Assembly (NCBI GenBank): GCA_964016885.1
Contig: OZ024746.1
Span: 80,724,001 to 80,788,000 of the forward strand
DNA: 64,000 nt
Direction of reading: 5' to 3'
DNA from: Eledone cirrhosa
Lineage: Eukaryota
The notes under the pieces are model-generated. The model did not search any database. It was not told the origin of the DNA and saw only the letters and a list, made by a program, of their open reading frames with translations. Positions within the stretch are counted from its first letter, which is position 1; each line of letters opens with the position of its first letter. The position numbers were made by a program, and so were the translations under genes. Below, piece after piece: positions 50,467 through 64,000 of this stretch.

Positions 50467-52787
50467 TTAAGTGAATGCCCTGCGAATCCTTGACTGCCAA
50501 AATAAAAATGACAATTTATTTCATATGAATTTTTTTTTGTTTGAAGTTAGTAACTCACCTAAACTTTTCCTAGCAATCCAAATAGTGCCATCATAATTAA
50601 TGTAGTGAGGGAAAAAATCTAATTAATAATAATTATTTGGTTAGGAAAAATCATTTTTAGCTTAATGACTAATATTAATTGAATGTGATCTTAGTAAATA
50701 TGGGGGACAACTTCTGGCATGATTTGGTTTTATTAGATCTTGGCAATGTATAATTTTCTTTGTATTTATTAGATTAGTGATAAAAGAATCGCTACATTGA
50801 TTTTTCTTTTTCCTCACTACATTGAGTACAATGGCACTGAAGAAGATTATGACTATTGCTTTTCTTCTGACCAAGCAACAACAAAAGCAAAAAACATTGA
50901 TTTCCATGGGAATATGCTGTTATTGTTGTTAAGGTTGTTTTTTAACTGAAGATCACCCTAGAATGAATGAGCCAGTGACTTCCAGCCTGGGTGTTATTTA
51001 CAATATTGAGGAATGTTGTGATGTTAGCAATATTGTTGCCAAACTTCTGTCATATTATTTTATTCTTTTATTCTTTGACTGGTGTCATTCATTAGACTGC
51101 AGCCATGCTGGAGCATTGCATCGATTTAGTTGATCAATTGATCTCATTACTTATTTTTTCAAGTTTGGTACTTGTTTCATTGACATCTTTTTTGTCACAT
51201 GGCAAAGTTATTTAACATAAATAGAGACACAGACATAAATGTACACACACATGCATGTACACATACACGCAAACACACAAACATATAGACATAAACATGT
51301 AGACACATACACACATACACGCAAACACACACACATGTAGACACATACACACACATACACGCAAACACACAAACATGTAGACACACACACAGACCCCTGA
51401 TGGTATATTTAAGTTAATTGTGGTAGTGCACACAGCCAACTCTGTAAATTGATTGGCATTAGGAAGGGCATCCAGCCATAGAAACCATGCTGAACTGGAA
51501 CATATAAGCATGACATGGCCACCTAATTTGTCTAGTCACAGAATGTGACAACGTGTCCAACCCATGACAGCATGTAAAATGGTGATGATGGTTATTATAC
51601 ACACACAATGTTGATAAGTTGGGCAGCACCATAATGGCTACTATGGAGAACATGATGGCTATAGGCAAAGTCAAATTGGGACTTGAAACATTAGGTAACG
51701 ATGTTTGTTCAATGTATGAACCTAAATAATTAATATATCATCATCATCATTTAACGTCACCGTCCATGCTAGCATGGGTGGGATAGGTTGACCCTTTGGG
51801 AGAGAATCAGGTCAGAGGACCATGTTTTGTTCACCTGGGGCAAATTCTGGCTTGGTTTCTACAGCTGGATGCCCTTCCTAACGCCAAGCACATTTACAGT
51901 GTTTACTGGGTTCTTTTGGTCATGTTACCTACATGACTAATTAATATAATCATCATCATCATACGTCTGCTTTTCCTTGCTTCCAAGCGTGGGACGGGTC
52001 CTTTTCAGCACAGCCTCTTTCCATTTGTCACCGTCCTTCATCATCTCCTCTGAGCTTCAGCGATCTGACATCAGCTCTCACCACCTCCACCCATGTTTAT
52101 ATATATATATATATAAATAAACATGTATATAAACATGTATATGTGTTTAAGCTCTGTGTTGTGTCTTCTTTCCTTAAATTACATCTCTTCTATATTTCTA
52201 CCTATAATGACATAAACATATTGAGCTTAAATATATTATTGATTGACAATTTTAATTCCTTTTGGTTAACCCCGTGTATATGTGTATATACACATTTATA
52301 TGTATGTATATATATATATATACATATAGTTACTTTCTACCTGGTCTATGCACACGCACATACATACTCACCCACGTATAAAACATGATCATCATGTTTT
52401 TCCATGCTTGCAATAACTCAGCTCTGTTTGAAAGCCCTCTAAGTTAACTCAGCAAAACCTAAAGCTTCAGTAAGTAGGAAAGAAGGCATGACCTGTTACT
52501 CTGTTCTCAAAAACATAGGGATGTTCACATAAAGGCTGATAGAAATGTACTTCAATTCTGTCAGCAGTTAGAATACATGCAAAATAAATTCTCTCAAACG
52601 CTTAGAAGGCTCACAAGAAGCAGTTGATATCTTTTGCTGCTTAAGTGATTTAATTAGTAGGTGAAGGGTGTATCAAAAGCATAGTAACTGGAGTGTGAAA
52701 GGGGTGGAAAAAGTTTCGAAGGCTATTATTTCTAGTGACAGCAAAGGGTTTCTTTCTCTAGAGTGAAGGGCAAGTTTGTATATATAA

Positions 52788-53150
52788 TAATAATAATAAT
52801 GAAATATTGTGTACAGTGCTCAGGTGCACTACAACTCATCAAAAAGTGTATGTATAGTACATAGGGTAATGTACAAACATCAGGAAAATGAACAGTGCAT
52901 GAGTCATGATATACACATAATAATGAAATTATTGTGTAAAGTGCTCAGGTGCACTACAACTCGTCAAAGGTGTATGTATAGTACATAGAATAATACATAA
53001 ATGTCAGGGAAGTACATGTGTGTATGTGTTAGCTGTAGTGTTGGCGGATCTCGGGAAGCATGGAGGCCTTAAAGGATGCAGTGTCTCGACAGCTAACGAC
53101 TGATGCAGGTAGTTTGTTCCATGCTTCAGCAACTCTGAGCGTGAATGCTA
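52788..53150 (-). mobile_element. CR1-like LINE 3' end with duplicated 3' UTR and (ATT)n tail
   Basis: FTLRVAEAWNKLPASVVSCRDTASFK resembles the CR1 C-terminal R-V-x-x-x-W-N-x-L-P motif; second copy at 58215-58503. Confidence 0.75.
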
Positions 53151-53456
53151 CATAATAGCAAGGTGTGGGCCTTGAATGTTGAAGATTTGCAATGGCTAGA
53201 AAGGAATGGTCAGTAGGCTCCACTGGTTGTGTAAAGCTAGAGTGCATGAATAACAGAGCACAAATGAGTTGAGAGAGAAGTTGGATATAAAAGAATTCAG
53301 CACACACACACACACACACACATGCACGCACACATACTGACGCTGTATATTGTAAGAGGCAACTAAAAGGGTTGGAATCAGAAAGGGCATTCATCTGTAA
53401 AACACCACTTCAAAAAGTCTCATCTAACCCATGCCAGCATGGAAAGGTGGATGATG

Positions 53457-53505
<49 letters not shown>

Positions 53506-53693
53506 GTGTATGTGTGTGGGTGTGTATGTACATTATTTATATATTTATTATCCCTTTCATAACCGCACTTCTAATGAAATACACACAATTTTAATTCATT
53601 AATGACAAATTTGAGGGTTTTACTAAAATCATTAATTATTTTATTAATAAAGTAGTAAGTTAATGTAAAGGTTTTATATAAAATTATGTTGGA

Positions 53694-53858
53694 CACACTA
53701 GAAGAGGAAGACCAAGGTTAACGTATGTTGATGCCCTAACGACAGACACTGGTCTGTTGAAGATGCAGGACATGGCAGCGATGATGAGGGACAGAGACCG
53801 CTGGAGAGAACTCGTCCATGGATCTCGGGAATTTTACCCGCCTTAGATAGATAGATAG
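53694..53858 (+). mobile_element. Short 5'-truncated RTE LINE with (TAGA)n tail
   Basis: Encodes RRGRPRLTYVDAL...MMRDRDRWRELV; 8-bp TSD atgttgga at 53686-53693 and 53859-53866. Confidence 0.85.
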
Positions 53859-53880
53859 ATGTTGGAAAATTTTAATTTAA

Positions 53881-54088
53881 CCCTTTAGCATTTAAAGCAG
53901 CGATATCTGGTCAGAATTCTCTCACCTCTTTCTGTTCAAACTGGCCATAACCGGCTGCTCATACTTATGTTAAGGTAGTATTCTCAAAATATATAATATA
54001 AAAATCTCGTAGATTCGATATTATGTGAGATAAAGTGTTTACTGTGAAAATACAATAGTAAATATAGAGTAAGGTAAATGCTAAAGGG
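53881..54088 (-). mobile_element. piggyBac-like MITE with TTAA TSD, nested in a larger MITE
   Basis: ttaa-ccctttagcattta ... taaatgctaaaggg-ttaa. Confidence 0.85.
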
Positions 54089-54643
54089 TTAAATAGGAAC
54101 CCTTTAAAATGGGTGATTTTATTTCATAGAACCAGAGTCAGTTTGGGCTGGATGAGTAACTAAAGGGTTAAATGCAGATAAAGAATGCTAAAGATTATTC
54201 TTTTAAAGTTTTGTTGGATTAATATCCAGGCCAACTTAGATGAAAAAAAACTAATGGAATATAATGTGCATATTAACATTATGTAAAAAATACAACAAAA
54301 AGCTAAATCTTAAATCTGTTGCTATAGTGATGGAAATCATCTTATATACGGCTCTATTTTTAGCAGTAATGCAGCCAATTGCTCTTTTCTTTCTTTCCCC
54401 CCCTTTTTTTGTTTTAATATCTTTCCTTCTTTCTCTTATTCATTGTTCTTTTTTCTTCCTCTGCCTCTTCTTTCCTCCTCTTTCTCTCTCAAAATAGTTA
54501 TTATATGTCTTTGTTTCTTCTTATTTCTTTTTATCCCTTTTATTTCTAATAGTCTCTTTGTTCTCTCTCTATCTCCTCTCTCTCTTTCTCTCATCTCTCT
54601 TTTACTCTTTCTCTCTCTTTATAAATAATATATATATATATAT

Positions 54644-54702
<59 letters not shown>

Positions 54703-54758
54703 GCACGCACGCACACACACATTATATCTCTCTGTCTCTCTCTGTGTATATATATTTA

Positions 54759-54796
54759 CGAGCTGAGGATCCGCTAAGGTGAAACAATTGTTCTCG
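54759..54796 (+). ncRNA. Minimal type I hammerhead ribozyme in a ~70-bp TA-flanked insert
   Basis: cgag CTGAGGA t cc gctaa gg t GAAAC aatt GTT ctcg; palindromic loop III. Confidence 0.65.
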
Positions 54797-54824
54797 GTAT
54801 GGTGAACTAACTGTTGTGTAACCA

Positions 54825-54866
<42 letters not shown>

Positions 54867-56319
54867 AATATTTCATTGTACTGTGTCATGTTCTTTATTT
54901 CCCTTTACTTTTTACATACATATATATATTATATATCATTGTAGGTGTGTATCTGTGTACATAAATATGTATCATCACATATATATATATATCTTTCACT
55001 AAGTGTTTTTAATTGCCTATCTTTCTCCTCCCTTTCTGGTATCCCCCTCTTTCTTTCTCTATCACTTGCTCTCTCTCTCTCTCTCTCTCTCTGTTTATTG
55101 TGCATTGAAAATCAATATCATACACATTTAGATGTTACCATCTCCCTCTCTCCTCTTTCTCTCTCATCGTTTCTCTCTCCCTCTTCTTTCTGAAATAATG
55201 CCTCATCCATAAACATTACAGCCTCTTAAACCAACATTCATTACATAAGGGACCTTTCCTTCATCATTAAACATCTCCCTCTCTTTCTTTCTACCTTTTG
55301 CTTTTCCAATGTCTTGTCTTTTTACTCCCTTTCTTTCTCCCTTCCTTCCCATTCCTTCTAGTCTTCCATTAACCTATAACTCTATAAGGCAATGCATTTT
55401 CCCAGTCATTAAAACATCGGACAGAGTGCTTTGTGGTATTTGTTCCGGCTCTCTGCTCCCTGAGTTCAAATCCCACCACGGTCAACTTTGCTTTTCATCC
55501 ATTTAAGGTCGATTATTCTTCTATATCTTTTTCTAACTTCCTCTCCCTTACATTCTATCTTCCTCTGGAAGAAATCTGCTGTACTCAGGCCTAGGGCGGG
55601 ATGGGCTCCACCAGGCTTTAACATGTCCAAGAAATGCCATATATTAATATGGCGCCCCTATGAGTTATGGGACCATACGATACTTTGATCCCCCCCCCCC
55701 TTTGTTGTAGTGAAAGTTTGTTTTGTTGCACCAGTTTCTCTGGCTTCTCATTATACTAGTCTTGTTTCAAACTAATCAGAGGTTTGCTTTACCTTTTCTT
55801 CTTACACGGTTGATAAAATAAAGTACCAACAATGTAATGGAGTCAGTTTAATTGACTTTCCTCCTCTCCTTCAAATTGCTGCACTTGAGCCAAAAAGTAG
55901 ATATAATTATTATTTTTGGTTATGGCCTTTTACATTCTAAGTACAAATCTTGCCGACGTTAGCTTTGCCTTTCATCCTTGAGAAGTCAATAAAATAAAGT
56001 ATCAGTAATGTACTGGGGTCAGTTCTATCACCCCCTCCCTCCCCCAAATTGATGGCCTTGTGCCTAAATCAGAACCCATTATTGTTACTATTGTAGTACT
56101 AGTAACTTGAGTGTCAGACAAAATACCTCCTGATATTTGTTTCGGTTCTGTATGTTTCTGAATTCAAATCCTGTTGAGGTCAACTTTGCTTTTCATTGTC
56201 CTGGGGTTGATAAAATAAAGTACCAGTAAAATACTGGAGTCAATGGACTTAATCCTTCTCCCAAAAATTGTTGGACTTGTAACTAAATTAGAATCCATTA
56301 TTCAGTGTTGGTAGAGCAC

Positions 56320-56505
56320 CATTGGCAGTATCGGTAGAGTGTCAGGCACCATGCTTAGCAGCATAGAGTTAAGACCCTTTATGTTCTGATTTCAAATCCC
56401 ACCAAGGTTAACTTTGCCTTTCATCCTTAAGGGGGTCAATGAAATAAAGTACCAGTAATGCACTGGGATAATTGCTGGCCCTATGCCAAAAGTAGAAACA
56501 ATTAT
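56320..56505 (+). mobile_element. tRNA-derived SINE, family A (last of a cluster of related copies from ~55400)
   Basis: Family A core repeated at about 55460, 55790, 55940, 56160 and 56390. Confidence 0.8.
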
Positions 56506-56878
56506 TATTGTTGTTGTTGTAATAACTATTGATGCTGCTGTTATTGTTGTTGAAGCTGTTGTTGTTATTGCTACATTTGTTGGTATTACTGTTTGGCTCA
56601 AAAAGTATTCCAGCCATAATAAGCTTTCCATTTTTTTTATTGTATACATACTTATATACCAAAAATCAACAAGGAAAAACAACACAACACAATACAATAG
56701 TGATATATATTAGTATAATACATTATATGATAGGAAAAGTGTGTTAATGATTCAGACATTAGTCCTTCATTAACAGATAGAAGAAATAGAAGGATAAACT
56801 AGAATAAGAAAAGGAAGAAACTGAAAAAAGCTTTTAGAGGAGGAAAATGTGTGTATTTAGTCAGCCATTTTGGGGAAT

Positions 56879-57366
<488 letters not shown>

Positions 57367-57439
57367 TGATATGTTGATAGTCAGTATGTCTAGTTGGTAT
57401 CATTATATACAGATAAAAATAAAAAAAAAATAAAAAAAG

Positions 57440-57630
57440 GGCGGTGGATTGGCAGTATCGGTAGAGGGTCGGACGCCATGCTTTGCATCATAGAGTTACA
57501 ACCCTTTATGGTCTGAGTTCAAATCCCGCTGAGGTTAACTTTGCCTTTCATCCTTACGAGGTGGATAAAATAAAGTACCAGTAATACACTGGGATAATTG
57601 CTGGCCTTGTGCCTAAAGTAGAAACAATTA
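57440..57630 (+). mobile_element. tRNA-derived SINE, family A
   Basis: Well-preserved head gcggtggattggcagtatcggtagagggtcggacgcc and B-box. Confidence 0.88.
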
Positions 57631-58214
57631 TATACACATATACATTGCAGCTATTAGTTTTAGCTCATTAAACTCTAAGGTCAAATCCTACAGAGGTCAA
57701 TTTTGCCTATTAACCTTTCAGGATTGGTATTCAAGCTACAATATTTTCAGAGCAATGTCAAACCAATATATTCCAGCTTCTCTAGGTGGGTGGATAGATG
57801 GATGGATGGATCGATCGATCGAACTATAATAATAGCTGAATAAATAAAATATTATTATAGTTGTTTGCATTTCGGTGACTATATTTTCAAATTTCAAATT
57901 TCCTCATGTTTCGTAAATCAACTAATCTTGTTTATATATATATCATGGTGATGATGATGATATGCATGTAAACAAGTGCTCACCATAAGCCTTTTGACAC
58001 TAACCCAGCCAAAATCAGCTCTGGTTCACCCATTAAGAAGTGTGGTTTCCTGTTAAATTAAAACCTCCCAACATATAACAACCATATGTTAAGTTACTAG
58101 CTTAGAATGAAATAATTAATAATTTTAGTAACCCCCCCCCCCCCACACACACACATACACAAATTCTTTATTGATTCATTTAAATAGGATGTATTTTATG
58201 ACAAATGTGGTCAG

Positions 58215-58503
58215 TTAGAGTTGCTGAAGCATGGAACAAACTACCTGCATCAGTTGTTAGCTGCTGGGACACTGCATCCTTTAAAACCTCCACACTTCCT
58301 GAGATTTGCCAACACTACACCTGATATTCCTCCTCCATACACACACACGCATGTATGTGTGTGTGTGAGTCTGTGTATATATCATGACTCATACACTGTT
58401 CACTTTCCTGACATTTGTACATTATTCTATGTACTATACATGCACCTTTGATGAGCTGTAGTGCACCCAAGTACTGTACACAATAATTTTATTATTATTA
58501 TTA
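58215..58503 (+). mobile_element. CR1-like LINE 3' end
   Basis: Homologous to 52788-53150; (ATT)n tail. Confidence 0.75.
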
Positions 58504-58960
58504 TATTTAAAAGAGTTAAAATGTAAACAGGAAGATTGGAATTCATTATTAAACTGTGTTAGGGCGAAACAAATATTTTAGAGTCGGGTTGAGTTTCTAT
58601 GAATCAGTTTTAAAATATTTAAGATATTAGATGTTTCACTAAACTTCCTTGTTCAAAGCAGTGTCAAAGCAACTTTAACAATCTGGTTTATATAGGTTGA
58701 AATATCATTGTAATAAAGTGAATTTATACTAGGTTGACATATTTTACTAAAGTGAAATTAATAAAGAGATAATACTAATCTCTGTCTCTTCCCCTCTCTC
58801 TCTCTCTCTCACACACATGCATATCATCATCATGATATATATGTAAACAGGATTAGTTGATTTACAAAGCATTAGGAAATTTGAAATTTGAAAATATAGT
58901 TGCCATTATGCAGACAGCTATAATAATAGTTGATCTATTCAGCTATTATTATAGTTATGT

Positions 58961-59150
58961 GCGGTGGATTGGCAGTATCGGTAGAGGGTCGGACGCCATG
59001 CTTTCCAGCATAGTTATGTCCCTTTATGGTCTGAGTTCAAATCCCGCCAAGGTTAACTTTGCCTTTCATCCTTACGGGGTCGATAAAATAAAGTACCAGT
59101 AATGTACTGGGTAATTGATGGCCTTGTGCCAAAAGTGGAAACAATTATAG
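58961..59150 (+). mobile_element. tRNA-derived SINE, family A
   Basis: Family A head and core; gttatgtgc-like flanks on both sides suggest a TSD. Confidence 0.88.
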
Positions 59151-59215
59151 TTATGTGCATTGTGCATTCTATATTTTCACATGCACACATCTTTTCATCT
59201 CCCTCCTCCTCTCTC

Positions 59216-59598
59216 TCTGGAGAGAAATGAAGCAACCGTGCTTCATTAGATGTGCAATCTAAATGTGAGAGAAAGGCAGAGCTTGGTTGAACTGAGATAG
59301 AAGCTGGGTTTAAGAAGAATCCAAGGTGGTGTGCAGGAGAGAAAACTGTTGGTATGGACATGTGATGCACATTAATGATGATTAATGGGTGAAGAAGTGC
59401 CAGGAAATGCCAGTAGAAGGGAGCTGCAGTGAAGGTAGACCAAGAAAAACCTGGGCAGAGGTGGTGAGAGCTGACCTCAAATCATTAAGATTCACAAGGG
59501 TGATGATGAAGAAATGCAGTGAGTGGAGAGATGCTGTGCTGGGAAGGACCCATACAACCCATGCAAGCATGGTAAAATAGTCATAAAAACGTTGGTGA

Positions 59599-59601
<3 letters not shown>
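59216..59601 (+). mobile_element. Decayed RTE LINE 3' end
   Basis: GRPRKTWAEVV..D, EWRDAVLGRTHTTHASM, running directly into the acccatgcaagcatgg tail and gatgat. Confidence 0.85.
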
Positions 59602-59634
<33 letters not shown>

Positions 59635-61074
59635 GCAGGTGTGATGATAAAAGCACCAAGTCCACACTGTAATGTGCTATAAAAAGTGCTGAATTGATTC
59701 TGTAAAGTGGTAGTGTTGGAGGCATGGTAAAATGCTCCCAGTACATGTGGAGGGCATTAGGAAGAGCATCCAGCCACAGAAGCTAAGCCCAAAATGGAGA
59801 GTATGAGCAAGACATGGTCACTTGACCTGTTTAATCTAAGTATGTGGTAATCCATCTAACCTATGCAAGCACAGAGAACAATGCAACAACGATGATCATG
59901 ATATGAATCTTTTCTTCCATTCCATGCTGCATTGCACAGCAGTCTATCTTTTGACAGTTCCAGAAGCATATCAGTTTTCTATAACAAGTGGTTGTTATCT
60001 CCTTGCTCAACCCTTCTTCATTTCTGGAGAAAGAGATACTGTGATACTGTGAGTAGACCCTTCATGATACTAGCTGAAAGGATAGGGATCACTGGTGAGT
60101 AATGTATGGATGCAGATCCTGAGTAGATATGATTCTAGAGTTATCTAAACTTATTGTTGACAACAGTTTACATCGTCTTTAAGACATCAGATATAAGAGC
60201 AGTAGGTTGATGGATCGATAGGTGGTAGGGTTAGGGACATTGATTATCTTAGAATTAGGACATAATGTTGTGTTTCTAAAAATCATGAGGTATGCATGTA
60301 AGGGCTCTTAACTTTATTTATCGACCACAAAAATAGGAAAGGCAAAGTCGACTGAGGTGGGATTTAAACTCAGAATGCAAAATGTTGGAATGAATACCTA
60401 GAGACATTCTATCAAACACTCTGCTAATTCAACACCATAAATATTCTTTTGTCCTTTTACCGTTTTCAGTCATTAGACTATGGCCATGCTAGGACACCCT
60501 CTTCAAGGGTTTATTGATCATCTTGACCCCAGTAATTATTTTAAAGTCTGGTTCTTACTTTAGCAGTCTCTATTTGTCATCAGTCTCTATTTGTCAAACT
60601 GCTAAGTTTCTGAACATAAACTAGCAACACTGGTTGTTAAGGAGTCTAGATGTAAACACACACACACACATACACACACTCATACTTACACATGCACATG
60701 CAGCCACACACACACATATTCAATGAGCTTCTGCATTGTTTCTGTGCCCCAAATTTCCCTCACAAAGCACTGGTCATCCTAAGTCTATAATAGATGACAT
60801 TTTCCCAGGTCCATTGCCAAAGCGAGGCACTATATCACTCTACCTTCCCTACTTTTCAATGGTATACCCTCAGATTTAGAAAACAGAGTTTATAAAAAAT
60901 GTCTTGAGATATATTTCTTGCTAAAGAGTGCCCACCTAGAATCTTCTGAAGAAGCCCTGTGTGCAAAAGCCTGGTGATGGGTCTGCACTTGCCCAAGGTA
61001 CCATGCAGTAGGACCTAACTTAAAACTATGTGGTTGGGTAGCAAACTTTTAAACCACACACCCACATATATGTA

Positions 61075-61180
<106 letters not shown>

Positions 61181-61595
61181 AAAAGAGTCAGGACCTCGAC
61201 AGCTGAGCTCCGGCCATTTCGAGAGCTAGATCATATATTTATATATAAAATTAAAATTACAAAAGAAATTCAATTATTTAAATCAATAGTTCTTACTTCC
61301 TCCATCATTTACTCCAAGCATCATCATCAACATCATCATCATCACTGCCATTACCACCACCACCACCACTACCTTCCACTTTGATTCATATGACAGGCAG
61401 CCAAGGACCTGTAATGATTACTAGTGGTTATGCTAATGACTTAATGACAATACCTGTGATAGTTGTTTTAGAACAGCCAATGCTGGTGGTGACACAAATG
61501 ATAATTATATTTATGATAGCTATAACGAGTAAGGAGAATTTATCCTCGCTCTACCATACCTAAACATCTGCTACATTTGCTTTAAAATAAATGCT

Positions 61596-61637
<42 letters not shown>

Positions 61638-62965
61638 ATACTCAATGCCTACCACCACCACCACTACCACCACTACTGTTGTTACTACAACAGCTTACAA
61701 CTACCATTGCTGCTGCTGCTACTGCTGCTGCTACTGCTGCTACTGCTGCTACTTGTTAGATGCTTTCGCTGTCACTTGCACAGTGATGGCTGCTGCTGTT
61801 GCTCGCTCTAGTATTTGAAACAGGTTAAGGTACACATTTCTTTTCCCTTCCTCTTTATTGCGCTACAGGTCTACAGGTCGGTCCTCCTTACACACAAGAC
61901 AGGATTTGTCATACTAGAGGCTCTGTAGCTACTTTCTTATTTTCCAGCCTTCAGCATCTTTCTTTACAGCGCCTTTACTACTCCTCTTCCCCTTACTCTT
62001 TCTTTCTTTTTCTCTCTCTCTTTCTCCCTATCTTGCACTTACACCCTCTCTCTCTCTCTCTCTGCAACCTTTTTCTCTGAGAAATCTGATGCTGCTTATA
62101 TGGCTAATTGAAGCTGACTTAATGATTAAACAACAGGCCACAAGCATCTGTATGGTATGCATTCATTTCATGTATGCTTCATTCTGTACTCAATAAGTTG
62201 TTCTATGTGAATACATGCTGCTTTTTCTGATCTGTTCTGTTTTGTTTTGTTCCCTCCAAAATATCTCAGCATATGTGCACTCTACACTACACTGAACCCA
62301 CCCCATCCCATCCCACCCTTTAGCAGCAGCCACACCAAATCCTCGAGGAAAGGCCTGCTAGTTTACCTTATAACAAACAGGTAGAGGAAGCAAATATCAG
62401 TTATTGCAACAAGTAACAACAACAAACAACAACAAACAAACAAATAAGTCATAGTCTGCTAATCAATTCCAAATACCAGTAAACTTTACATCCAAAAAAG
62501 AACTGCTTAAGTAAATATCTAACAACACATACACTGGGATATAGTAATATTTCAACATATGCATCTATAACAAACTACTTATATGCTGCTGCGTTAGAAG
62601 AAAACTTTATTACTGAGCAGGAATATCTATCAGTCTGGTTGTATGTTTTAGCATTCATAGATTAATATTCTGGTCATCACATCAGATATTCAGATTCTCT
62701 CCAAGAAAATTCTATAAACCACAAAGTATATAAATCAGGTAAGGCCTCTTCTCTCTTTCTCTTTTATATTTACTATATTTCTATGCTTGCCATTTCTTCT
62801 TTCTCATTCTTATTCTTTCACTCACTCTCTCTCTCTCTCTTTCTTCTCTATACATATGTTATTTTTCTCTGTCTCTTGTCTCTATTTATCTATCTCCACT
62901 CCACACTTTTACTTACCTCTTTCTTTCTCTGTTCTCTACAAATATGTCTCTCTATCTCTCTCTAA

Positions 62966-62979
62966 CATATATATATGTT

Positions 62980-63017
<38 letters not shown>

Positions 63018-63056
63018 ATGGTAGCGTGGAAGATGGACGTTAAACGGCGTTGGTGA

Positions 63057-63111
<55 letters not shown>

Positions 63112-63178
63112 CAAACATATATGTATACATATATATATATATATATATATACACATACAAACATATATGTATACATAC

Positions 63179-63209
<31 letters not shown>

Positions 63210-63396
63210 CAGACATATATTTATATACAAACATATATATACATATATATATATATATACAAACATATACATACATATATATATATATACATATATATAT
63301 GTGTATATATAAACATATATATATATATATATGCAGACATATATATATATAGAGACATATATATATATATACAGACATATATATATATATACAGAC

Positions 63397-63427
<31 letters not shown>

Positions 63428-63470
63428 CATATATATATATATATATAAAGACACACATATATATATATAT
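62966..63470. repeat. TA-rich compound microsatellite containing a ~45-bp RTE-type tail (63016-63060)
   Basis: (TA)n with cagaca/caaaca interruptions; ccatggtagcgtggaagatggacgttaaacggcgttggtgatga. Confidence 0.9.
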
Positions 63471-64000
63471 TCTCAACACATGTCACTTTATCTTTCTCTC
63501 TCTCTCATCTACAAATATATCTGTTTATCTCTCTTTCTCTCTCATACACTCATGTCTATTGATCTATTTCTATGTCTATCTCTTTCTCAGTACACATTAT
63601 AGATTTCTTATATAAAACATCTAAGCTGTCTTCCATACATACAAAGGCACTGGAAATTTCTGAATCTTAGAAATAATTTTATTTATTTATTATCATTATA
63701 TTTTGGAATGTGTGTATGGTGGGCAGTGAGCCTATATGCAGCCATTCAATTTGCTAGAAATCACAGCCAAATTCACTAAAATTTTAACATATTGTCTTAA
63801 AGGGAGAAATTTTACCAGTGTATACAAAAAGATGGTCATGGCATTGTTCTTGAATTCTAGAGAGAGAAAAGAAATTGAAAATGAATCAAAGCTGGACAAA
63901 GAAGCTATAGTACCCCCACCACCACCACACACTTTTGTAGTACTTGCTCTGTTTACTTGTCTGAAACAATGCTTGATTCTGTCCTTTCCCCAGTCTCTGC

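Overview
AT-rich, repeat-dense animal genomic DNA, apparently intronic or intergenic. The (TA)n/(CA)n/(CAT)n microsatellites, tRNA-derived SINEs and RTE LINEs suggest a cephalopod/octopus-like mollusc (inference). No host protein-coding gene can be supported. The only long ORF (27595-29430, minus) is a 5'-truncated RTE-clade LINE reverse transcriptase with an inserted PHD-like finger, bounded by an 11-bp TSD; most other listed ORFs are microsatellite or SINE artefacts. The main finding is a set of small elements inserted in (TA)n tracts that carry type I hammerhead ribozyme (HHR) motifs. One is a tandem array of apparently identical, highly structured 310-bp units, each with a complete HHR, ending in an inverted partial copy (22536-23665): a candidate circular-RNA-producing non-LTR retrozyme. 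Several unrelated fold-back elements with HHR cores and Penelope-like inverted architecture also occur (16634, 15494, 19972, 21748, with weaker cases at 5377 and 17670), plus a minimal HHR insert at 54756. Variant cores include a U3-A8 covariant and a 50-nt loop II. No autonomous Penelope ORF was seen here. All coordinates were read by eye and structures were not computed.
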